A DNA stretch of 64,000 nt from IMG/VR virus record IMGVR_UViG_2890351070_000001, positions 10,912 through 74,911 of that record. One strand, 5' to 3'. The notes beneath the pieces were generated by a model. That model had not been told where the DNA came from and did not search any database. It worked only from the letters and a program-made list of their open reading frames with translations. The stretch comes from a virus. Its lineage: Duplodnaviria; Caudoviricetes. Positions 56,276 to 64,000 of the stretch are shown one piece after another. Numbering within the stretch: the stretch's first letter is position 1; each line of letters opens with the position of its first letter. The position numbers were made by a program, and so were the translations under genes.

Positions 56276-59200
56276 TGCCCATTTTCGATGACAAAAATAC
56301 TCAGACCTCTCTCTCTATTGGAATAAATCCCGGATCGAACAACTCTGAACTAGAGCCAGAGTTTTTTAAGGATACTTTGCCAGCCGCTTTTAGGTTGGAA
56401 AACACAATAGGTTCATTCCTCACAAACAAAAGCCAAGGCCCAATAAGAGAGATAGATGCTGATTACGACGTATTTAGTGATATTGAAGGGTACGAACAAT
56501 ATGCAGAAAGGTTCGCAAATAGCCGTGATCCTGTAGACACGACATTAATCAAGAAAAGAATTGACCGCGAACTCAAGGACAGGCGGACACTTGGCGCATC
56601 AGGATTTGCAGGAACCGCGGCGGAATTTGCAGCGGGGTTATTTGATCCTGTTAATCTTATCCCAGTTGGAGGGCAAGCGTATCGAACTTATCGTGTTGGA
56701 GGGTCAATTCTCAAAGGGGCATTAACAACAGCCAGAGCAGGGTTTATTGGCTCAACTGCTGCTGAAGCTTTGCTTTACAATACACAAGAACTGAGAACTG
56801 TAGAAGAGAGTGCCTCAAATATAGCGGCGGCAACATTTCTCTCAGGTGTTCTTGGTGGCTCCGTAGGTGCCGTTCGTGATGCTATTAATGCTCAAAAAGG
56901 AGGGAATATAAAGTCATGGCAGGAGTTGCAGAAAACTGTCGAGAACGACCTAACCGTTCCGGATGAATTTTCCCCAGACATTACTGAGCCAAATTCAATA
57001 AACATAAAGCAAGATGAGCTCGTTGCTGATACTGGAGCAGATGTTAGTGAAGAGCTCTTGGATGCAGACGATCTTCCTAAAGTCAATCGACCAGAACTGG
57101 CGGAAGGTGGTTCCGTTGGTGCTGCATCACTTAGAGAGAATGTAGCGGAAGAACGACTTAAATCTGCCCTTGGTGTAGAGAAAGTACTATCGTTTCAAGA
57201 TCCTATGTTGAGGCTTGCTACATCGTCCAGTATTGAGGCTCGACGTATTATTCAAGAACTTGCTGAAACACCTATGGCTTACGAAAAAAACGCTCTTGGT
57301 GTGGCGACGCCTATTGGTGTGGAAACCAGAGTGAAGATGTATCAGGCTCCGCTCTATGAATCGCTTAAGTTTATGGATGATGCGTTTGTTCGGTATCGGT
57401 TGGGCCGTAATCAAAAATTTGGTGATATTGCAAAGTTAGGCGCGAGGGATCTAATCGGCTTTGGTGAGCGCCGAAAGTTGGATTATGCAGCATTCAGAAA
57501 AGAAGTGTCATTTGCCTTAAGAAGAAGCGATCAGCATCAAATTCCAGAAGTAGCCGAAGCGGCTAAAGAGTTCAGATCAAAGGTTTTCGACCCTGCAAAA
57601 AAGAAAGCTATCGAAGTTGGCTTGCTTCCTGAGAATGTAACTGTTGAAACTGCACCTTCCTATCTCACCAGAATGTACGACCATCAGAAGATCGCCGCAC
57701 GTAGAGATGAATTTACAGAGGTGGTTGCTAGGTGGCTCAAGACTCAAGAGGAGCAGGTGGGGTTTGATGATCTTGATTTGCTGGATTTAGCAGATGAAAT
57801 AACGGATCGGATTTTAGGCACTCCTGACGGACGATTGCCATATGATGCGCACATTGAATCTAGACGCATGGAGCCTGAGCCGGGCGTTTCTGTTCGCGGC
57901 CCTTTAAGGGCCAGAGAGTTTCCTATTCCAGATAAATTGATTGAAGATTTCTTGGAAAATGATATTGCGATTGTTGCTAAATCTTATACGCGGACAATGG
58001 CTCCAGATGTAGAAATAACAGCGCAATTTGGCTCAATCGGTATGGATGAGCAACTTGGCGCCATCCGAAGAGAATTTGCACAAAAAGCAGGGGCAGCGCA
58101 GACCAAAAAAGCTCGAAAGAAACTGCAAGAAGATCGCGAGGCGGCAATTAGAGACATATCTGCTGTCAGAGATAGAATTCGTGGCGATTATGGTATGCCC
58201 TCAGACCCGAATAGCATTCATGTGCGCTTGTTCCGTAATATTCGAAATCTAAACTATATTCGACTTCTTGGGGGCATGACACTATCTGCAATTCCAGATA
58301 TCGCACGTCCTATTATGGTTCACGGCTTCAATCGTGTATTTGGTGCTGGTTTCGTGCCTATGGTTAAGAACTTCAAAGCATATCGAATAGCCTCTAACGA
58401 AGTAAAGTTAGCTGGCACAGCACTCGATATGGTTTTGGATAGTAGATCGATGGCGATTGCTGATGTTCTGGATAACTTCGGTAGACAAACCGTTGTTGAA
58501 AGAGGTCTCCAGGCAGCGACGGATCGATTTGGTAAAGTTGCACTTATGGCTCCTTGGAACGCAGCAATGAAGCAATTTTCAGGTATTATTACCATGACAC
58601 GAATGATCCAAGCCTCAGATGCTATTCGTAACGGAGGTGGTAAAGCCAAAGAAGTTGAAAAGCTTGCAAGCCAAGGTATTGATCAATCAATGGCAGTGCG
58701 TATCTCTGAACAGTTTGAGCAGTTTGGCGAGATAAGTGATGGCATCTATATGGCGAACACATCTCAATGGATTGATAAGGATGCCTTGGAAGCATTTAGG
58801 GCTGGCCTCGTTAAAGAGGTGGATAAAATCATTATAACACCTGGACAAGATAAGCCCCTTTGGATGAGTACTGAAACTGGCAAAGTTATCGGGCAATTCA
58901 AATCCTTTGGCCTCGCTTCCACTCAAAGAGCTTTGCTTAGTGGCCTTCAGGATAGAGATTTGAACGCTTTGCAAGGAGCGGCTTTTATGGTGGGTCTTGG
59001 TTCGCTTTCGTATGCTTTTAAAACTTGGGATGCTGGACGTGAGGTTTCCGATGACCCTACTGTTTGGCTTGCAGAAGGTGTTGATAGATCAGGCCTCACT
59101 GGATGGTTGTTTGAGGCTAACAATGTGATGGAAAAGGTCTCTCGCGGGACAGTGGGTGTATCTGCTTTAACAGGTGGTCCACAAATGAGTAGATATCAAT

Positions 59201-59409
59201 CGCGCAACATCCTCGGTTCTCTTGTCGGACCAACAGCGGGAACGATAAAAGACCTCTCCCAAGCTGTTGGCTCTGCTACTTCCGGAGATTGGACACAGAG
59301 TGATTCGAGAGCCTTGCGTAGGCTATTACCCTATCAAAACCTAATGGGAATGCGCCAGGTATTTGATGAAGCGGAAAAAGGTATTAACGAAAGTTTGGGT
59401 GTGAGGTAA
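56275..59409 (+). CDS. large internal virion (ejection) protein, 1044 aa
   Basis: Third ejection gene; N-terminal G/A hydrophobic segments, C-terminal GQFKSF...RLLPYQNL pattern of podovirus gp16-like proteins. Confidence 0.75.
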   Translation: MPIFDDKNTQTSLSIGINPGSNNSELEPEFFKDTLPAAFRLENTIGSFLTNKSQGPIREIDADYDVFSDIEGYEQYAERFANSRDPVDTTLIKKRIDRELKDRRTLGASGFAGTAAEFAAGLFDPVNLIPVGGQAYRTYRVGGSILKGALTTARAGFIGSTAAEALLYNTQELRTVEESASNIAAATFLSGVLGGSVGAVRDAINAQKGGNIKSWQELQKTVENDLTVPDEFSPDITEPNSINIKQDELVADTGADVSEELLDADDLPKVNRPELAEGGSVGAASLRENVAEERLKSALGVEKVLSFQDPMLRLATSSSIEARRIIQELAETPMAYEKNALGVATPIGVETRVKMYQAPLYESLKFMDDAFVRYRLGRNQKFGDIAKLGARDLIGFGERRKLDYAAFRKEVSFALRRSDQHQIPEVAEAAKEFRSKVFDPAKKKAIEVGLLPENVTVETAPSYLTRMYDHQKIAARRDEFTEVVARWLKTQEEQVGFDDLDLLDLADEITDRILGTPDGRLPYDAHIESRRMEPEPGVSVRGPLRAREFPIPDKLIEDFLENDIAIVAKSYTRTMAPDVEITAQFGSIGMDEQLGAIRREFAQKAGAAQTKKARKKLQEDREAAIRDISAVRDRIRGDYGMPSDPNSIHVRLFRNIRNLNYIRLLGGMTLSAIPDIARPIMVHGFNRVFGAGFVPMVKNFKAYRIASNEVKLAGTALDMVLDSRSMAIADVLDNFGRQTVVERGLQAATDRFGKVALMAPWNAAMKQFSGIITMTRMIQASDAIRNGGGKAKEVEKLASQGIDQSMAVRISEQFEQFGEISDGIYMANTSQWIDKDALEAFRAGLVKEVDKIIITPGQDKPLWMSTETGKVIGQFKSFGLASTQRALLSGLQDRDLNALQGAAFMVGLGSLSYAFKTWDAGREVSDDPTVWLAEGVDRSGLTGWLFEANNVMEKVSRGTVGVSALTGGPQMSRYQSRNILGSLVGPTAGTIKDLSQAVGSATSGDWTQSDSRALRRLLPYQNLMGMRQVFDEAEKGINESLGVR

Positions 59410-59425
59410 TATATTGACTACTTTA

Positions 59426-59504
59426 TTGAAGAATAATCAAAACTAAGCTAGTATTCCTCACGGATACATGTGTCACAGCCTCACCTTTTGGTGGGGCTTT
59501 TTTT
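59426..59504 (+). promoter_or_regulatory. late promoter plus leader terminator before tail fibre 2
   Basis: TTGAAG-17nt-TAGTAT, TCCTCACGGATAC, hairpin GCCTCACC/GGTGGGGC followed by T run. Confidence 0.7.
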
Positions 59505-59518
59505 ATGGGAAATCGGAA

Positions 59519-60868
59519 ATGACTATTTCTGCAACACCCCGTAGAGCCACCTATAACGGGGACGGTTCTACGGTGACTTTTGCTGTGCCCTTTAAGTTTT
59601 TGGCTGACAGTCATCTAGTTGTTGTTTTGACTGATGCGGAAGGTGTTGAGGTAATAGCAACTCCCTCCTCTGTGAGTGGCGCGGGCGATGCAAATGGTGG
59701 TTCGGTAACTTTAACCTCAGCGCCGGCAGTTGATGTCTCTGTCACTGTTTTAGGTCGAGCTCCAATAGAGCAGCAAACAGATCTGGCAATTTCCGATGGA
59801 ATGCCTGCCGATGTGATCGAGACCGCTGTTGATCAGCTAACTATTCAAAACCAAGAACAGAAGGAGGAGATAGGAAGAGCCATCAAGCTTCCAGTTTCAC
59901 ACACTGGCAGTGAGTTGCAATTTCCGGCACCGGTTCCAAATGAGGTGCCTTACTATGATGAGAATGGTAAACTCGTTATGTCATCGGTGGGATTCAGTAC
60001 TCTTATGAGTACGGTTTCAAATCTTATCACCTTAGCGCAACAAACAGGACAGGCTCATACGCATACTTTAGCGAGTATCACAGATGCCAAGGATTGGGCT
60101 AAAAAAGATCCGTCAACATCTCCGGCCAAAACAGAAAACTATACACTAGTGGAGGCTGATGACGGGAAGGTTATTCCCTTTGACGCAACAGGCGCAGCCC
60201 GCACCATCCCTCTACTGCCCGCTGCTACAGCCGGAAACGGCTTCTCAGTCACCATCAAAAAGACAGATGCAAGCGCGAACGCTGTCACAATCGACGGCGA
60301 TGGCTCTGAGGTTATTGACGGAGCAGAAACGCTCGTTCTTAGCGCGCAAAATGATGCAATTGAACTTCGTTGCGATGGTACAGGTTGGCAAGTGGTCTCT
60401 AAGGTTTCATCGGGTGGCGGTGGACTTGTCGTAAAATCAGCCCACGTCCAGTATAGCGGTGTCGCAACAGGAACTTCGACAATTCCCCTTGATGATACAA
60501 AGCCTCAAAACACAGAAGGCACCGAGTTCATGACTCTGGCATTCACGCCGACGGATGCTGCAAATGAACTTGAGATTGAGGTGGTGTTTAACTTCTCAAA
60601 CTCTGCGAATAACAATCAACATGTTGCGCTGTTTAAGGATTCTGATGCGGATGCAATAGCCTCTGCGCCCCAAATGATTGATGCGAGTCAGCTGGGTAAC
60701 GTTAGCTTTAAGTACCGAATGACTGCGGGTACGACTTCCGAGATAACCTTCAAGGTGAGGTCTGGTGGTAATTCATCTGGGACAACAACTTTTAACGGGA
60801 GATCGTCCGCACGGCTGCACGGTGGGTCTATGGCTTCATCAATTAGCATCAAGGAGATTAAAGTATGA
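59519..60868 (+). CDS. tail fibre protein
   Basis: gp17-like N-terminus shared with 13545-14453; different C-terminal domains. Confidence 0.85.
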   Translation: MTISATPRRATYNGDGSTVTFAVPFKFLADSHLVVVLTDAEGVEVIATPSSVSGAGDANGGSVTLTSAPAVDVSVTVLGRAPIEQQTDLAISDGMPADVIETAVDQLTIQNQEQKEEIGRAIKLPVSHTGSELQFPAPVPNEVPYYDENGKLVMSSVGFSTLMSTVSNLITLAQQTGQAHTHTLASITDAKDWAKKDPSTSPAKTENYTLVEADDGKVIPFDATGAARTIPLLPAATAGNGFSVTIKKTDASANAVTIDGDGSEVIDGAETLVLSAQNDAIELRCDGTGWQVVSKVSSGGGGLVVKSAHVQYSGVATGTSTIPLDDTKPQNTEGTEFMTLAFTPTDAANELEIEVVFNFSNSANNNQHVALFKDSDADAIASAPQMIDASQLGNVSFKYRMTAGTTSEITFKVRSGGNSSGTTTFNGRSSARLHGGSMASSISIKEIKV

Positions 60869-61242
60869 GCAACTTAGCCACGGTCCTTGAGTGGAAATAT
60901 CCGGGCGTTGAGGGGATTGAAACTCGAGAGGGCATCTTAACGGCTTGGCCCGAGAGTATTCCTCAACCAACGGATGAGCAGATATCCGACTTTATGGCTG
61001 AATACGTTGAGCCACTGCCAACTGTCTCTAAGCGGGATTTTATGAAGCGCTTTACGGACGACGAACGCAACACAATCACGGCTGCGGCTCTTCAATCAGT
61101 CCCATTAGCGCGATGGAAAGAAGGCCTCTTGCTCGCCGACGATATCAGATTGGATCATCCGGATTTGCTGGTGGGTATGAATGCGATTGTTACTCGTGGT
61201 CTTCTGACTGAGGCCCGCAAGGTGGAGATTTTGACACCATGA
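60865..61242 (+). CDS. tail fibre-associated/chaperone protein (XkdW-like N-terminus)
   Basis: W.YP...AWP..IPQPT.EQ and FMKRFT..E...GLLT..R..EIL patterns. Confidence 0.6.
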   Translation: MSNLATVLEWKYPGVEGIETREGILTAWPESIPQPTDEQISDFMAEYVEPLPTVSKRDFMKRFTDDERNTITAAALQSVPLARWKEGLLLADDIRLDHPDLLVGMNAIVTRGLLTEARKVEILTP

Positions 61243-61622
61243 TTGTAGAAGTTGATCTTCTCGACCTATTTCTTGGTATTGGCGGCTTGATCGTTGGGAT
61301 TGTTGGCCAAACATTCTTAATGCTTCGATGGATTAGCGCCCACTTTGACAAGGCGCATACCCGCATCAACAGCATTGAGCGAGGGTTTGTCCGTCGTGAT
61401 GATTTTGAGCAAGCATACAGTCGAATCAATGAGATTAAAGACAACTATGTCAGGCGCGACGACCACAACAAAGAGGTCGCCCGGCTGGAGAAAGAACTTG
61501 AAGCAATGCGCTCTGATATCCGGCATGGCTTTTCAAATCTGTCAACACGCATTGACCTACTTAATCACAACCTGAGCGAACGCCGTGCTGCCTTAAATGG
61601 AGGTATTGCAGATGCCCCTTAA
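61239..61622 (+). CDS. putative holin-like membrane/coiled-coil protein
   Basis: N-terminal TM, repeated (F/Y)VRRDD; precedes endolysin. Confidence 0.55.
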   Translation: MIVEVDLLDLFLGIGGLIVGIVGQTFLMLRWISAHFDKAHTRINSIERGFVRRDDFEQAYSRINEIKDNYVRRDDHNKEVARLEKELEAMRSDIRHGFSNLSTRIDLLNHNLSERRAALNGGIADAP

Positions 61623-61980
61623 CTGGTCAGATTACCCTAACTTCTCTGCGTCCGAGTTCGCCTGTAAATGTGGCTGTGGCCTGGCTGATATGAAGCCTGA
61701 GTTTATGGCAAAGCTGCAAGAGCTTCGTAACCAAGTAGGGCCTTTGGAAATCACAAGCGGCTTTCGTTGCAAGAACCATCCTGTCGAGAAGAGCAAGAAA
61801 CGACCGGGTGCACATTCTACCGGACTTGCTGCGGATATCATTCCGCTTAAAGCAAGGCGATACGATTTACTCACCACTATTAGCGACATGCGTTTTAAAG
61901 GCATTGGGGTTGCTAAATCTTTCATCCACATAGACGAGGGCCACCCATACGCATATCGCCCTGCGTCATGGAGTTATTGA
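61612..61980 (+). CDS. endolysin, peptidase M15A family
   Basis: Near-identical to 18740-19111. Confidence 0.88.
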   Translation: MPLNWSDYPNFSASEFACKCGCGLADMKPEFMAKLQELRNQVGPLEITSGFRCKNHPVEKSKKRPGAHSTGLAADIIPLKARRYDLLTTISDMRFKGIGVAKSFIHIDEGHPYAYRPASWSY

Positions 61981-61982
61981 TC

Positions 61983-62300
61983 ATGAAAAACATACTGATG
62001 ACAGTCGCTTTTGTAGCGGCTTTTTTTATGTCTGCTTGCACGACACCGAGCGGTAATCGTCTGAGTGCTGAACAACAGGTGCAGATTACCTGTGAGGGCA
62101 TCATTTCAACAGTGCGTGTCCTTGCTGGTTATCGTGCAGCCGGTGAGTTGTCAGAAGAAACTGTGAAGACCGTTTCTGATCTGATGCCATCCACTGTGAA
62201 GCTCTGCTCTGGCGAGGTGACAGATTATCAATCTGCCCTGACCACCTTGCAGGAAACGGCTTTTGTTCTTCTGACTGTAAAGAAAGGTGTTGAATCATGA
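61983..62300 (+). CDS. lysis-region lipoprotein
   Basis: MSAC lipobox. Confidence 0.7.
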   Translation: MKNILMTVAFVAAFFMSACTTPSGNRLSAEQQVQITCEGIISTVRVLAGYRAAGELSEETVKTVSDLMPSTVKLCSGEVTDYQSALTTLQETAFVLLTVKKGVES

Positions 62301-62485
62301 ACCCGGCAACAATCGCAACAGTAAACGCGCTTATTGAAATCGGTGTGTTTGCATTTAAATCAATCAAGGCCGTTCAAAACGGTGATAAAACGCCAGAAGA
62401 GATCCGCGCTGAGTGGCCTGCTATTTCTGCAAAGCTGGACGATGCCTGGGCAGCTTGGGAAGCAGCAGGAAAATCCAATGGCTGA
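62297..62485 (+). CDS. small lysis-region protein
   Basis: Paralog of 19440-19628. Confidence 0.7.
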   Translation: MNPATIATVNALIEIGVFAFKSIKAVQNGDKTPEEIRAEWPAISAKLDDAWAAWEAAGKSNG

Positions 62486-62900
62486 TGGCTATGAGTTCAC
62501 ACCTGAATACGACATAGCCCAGATTAAAGCATCTCGCCCAAGCGGCGGGGTGCTGGTCTGGGTGTCTCCCGAAGATCCAGATAACCCATTTACGGCTGCT
62601 TGCGCTCATAAGATCACAGGGCCAAGAGGTATGGACGTTACTGTTCCGGGTGGCTTTAACTATGACGGTGCCTCTGTGCCGCGCCCGCTGTGGTGGTTTA
62701 TCCCTCGGGCTGATGCACGGTTCTTTCGGGCGGCAACTCTGCATGATTTACTTTATGGCACCCGGGAAGGTTCACGGGCTGTAGCTGATGCGATCTTGCG
62801 GATAGTCGCAGAGCAAGACCGTATGCCATGGCTCAAGCGATGGGCGGCTTATCTAGCTGTCAGGCTTGGTGGTCGGGCGGCTTGGCTGGATGGTGATTAA
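62478..62900 (+). CDS. DUF1353 family protein
   Basis: Paralog of 19621-20043. Confidence 0.85.
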   Translation: MADGYEFTPEYDIAQIKASRPSGGVLVWVSPEDPDNPFTAACAHKITGPRGMDVTVPGGFNYDGASVPRPLWWFIPRADARFFRAATLHDLLYGTREGSRAVADAILRIVAEQDRMPWLKRWAAYLAVRLGGRAAWLDGD

Positions 62901-63151
62901 TTGTCTAAAGTTTTAAGGACGCCACAAGAGGCAGGAATGTCTAAGTCACAGGCTTTTTTGAAGTATATTTTAGCTCTTTCAAGATCCTTATCGACACCAA
63001 GGCCATGTTGGTAAATTACCCCAATCATAAAGCAAGATTTACCGACATCCTTGTCACAAGCAGCTTTAGCATCACCAATGGTTACCTCTTCAGTCGCGGA
63101 ACTGACAGAGACTGTTAAAATTAAAAAAACAAGTGTTAAGAAAGTTTTCAT
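62897..63151 (-). CDS. exported Sel1-like repeat protein
   Basis: Signal peptide; AC......SC..IGVIYQHGLGVDKDLERAKIYFKKACD. Confidence 0.82.
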   Translation of the reverse strand: MKTFLTLVFLILTVSVSSATEEVTIGDAKAACDKDVGKSCFMIGVIYQHGLGVDKDLERAKIYFKKACDLDIPASCGVLKTLDN

Positions 63152-63226
63152 GCTGTTCTCTGTTTAAGACGTGTTCGATTTTTAATCGCTATGAATCAAA
63201 TATTCAGTATTAATTCAAGATAACTT

Positions 63227-64000
63227 CTACTCCCAAAACCACTCATTATTAACAACAGTTTCATCAGCATCACTCAGCGGATTAATATCCAACCCAGATC
63301 TCTGCTCAATCTCATCAATAGAAACAGCAAAACTCGGCACTGGTGCGCTTCTCTCGGCTGTCTGCTCCATGATAAAGCTGGCTGATTTTCCATCTTTAGT
63401 TTGAATTATCTTCCAAAAACCTGATGGCACTTTATGCGTTTCATCTGCGCCTGGTAGCGGTGCCATTTCTATTTCGTATAGCGGTCCTGTCTGTACCCAT
63501 ACAGCATTCCCTTTAAGCACATACGTTCGCACCTTCTCTTCAAGTATCCGCCACGGTCCTTGGTTAAGTGCTGCTGCTTGTGGAGTGATGTTTGAGTAAT
63601 AGTTCACATCGGATGCGTAAACGCTGCCTTTGAACGAGGCGAGGGGTGCAAGATGTCCTCTATCGAACTTGAAGCCTTCTACTTTGCTAGCCTTATGATA
63701 ATCGTCTTTAGCCTTCTTGCCCGGCTCTAATCGCTCGTCAGCATCAAGGAATGGATCTGGGCGCCATTTCCTCACTAAATCTGGTTCAGTCCATACTTCG
63801 CGTGGTGTTAGTTGATAGGCGACCCAATCAGCGAACTTGGTGTCATCATTGTTTGATAGAGCATAAGGTCTGCGAATGATCAGGTCATTACTCTCGCTCA
63901 GGCCTTCTGGGATGCCGTAAAGCCAGTGGTCTGAGTGGATTTCAAGAGCGGATACGCTTGTTGATGAGAGTAAAATTGTGAGTGTAAGTAATGTGCGCAT
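63227..64000 (-). CDS. exported DNA/RNA non-specific endonuclease (NucA/Serratia nuclease family)
   Basis: Signal peptide; ADWVAY, DRGHLAP, SNITPQ...LNQGPW..LE, VPSGFWK. Confidence 0.92.
   Translation of the reverse strand: MRTLLTLTILLSSTSVSALEIHSDHWLYGIPEGLSESNDLIIRRPYALSNNDDTKFADWVAYQLTPREVWTEPDLVRKWRPDPFLDADERLEPGKKAKDDYHKASKVEGFKFDRGHLAPLASFKGSVYASDVNYYSNITPQAAALNQGPWRILEEKVRTYVLKGNAVWVQTGPLYEIEMAPLPGADETHKVPSGFWKIIQTKDGKSASFIMEQTAERSAPVPSFAVSIDEIEQRSGLDINPLSDADETVVNNEWFWE

Larger units (their letters stand above)
21828..64000. mobile_element. temperate podovirus-type prophage adjacent to tRNA-Ser; right end outside window
   Basis: Integrase, RecT-like gene, CI/Cro, replication, terminase, virion and lysis genes in lambdoid order. 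Confidence 0.92.

Noticed and set aside
1584-62900. Assembly duplication explaining the two virion modules
   Set aside because: Most of the two copies differ at many synonymous sites and in whole genes; only short blocks are identical

Overview
The window holds two related, collinear podovirus-type (BPP-1/epsilon15-like) virion-plus-lysis gene sets, probably in an alphaproteobacterial chromosome (host assignment inferred from the GapR/DUF2312 and DUF6456-like genes). Module 1 (about 147-20043, left end outside the window) runs portal, scaffold, capsid, cement, tail adaptor, nozzle, ejection proteins, tail fibres and lysis, with all ORFs intact and no terminase, integrase or replication gene visible. 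It is followed by an ABM/AraC pair and a complete tRNA-Ser(GCT). A temperate prophage starts right after the tRNA (22009 to beyond 64000) with integrase, recombination, CI/Cro switch, methylase, replication, terminase, a moron/antirepressor island and a second copy of the same virion operon. The main leads are as follows. (i) Module 1 has its own conserved promoter motif, a remodelled ejection-protein region and a different tail fibre, yet shares blocks identical by eye with the prophage, so it may be a domesticated or satellite-like particle system. (ii) Chains of translationally coupled ORFs run antisense through moron genes. (iii) A two-frame cytosine methylase is switched off by a G10 tract. 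(iv) A tRNA-shaped RNA carries a large insert. (v) An HTH/GNAT-like/PAS-like module sits in the immunity region. All family calls come from motif recognition by eye, not database searches.
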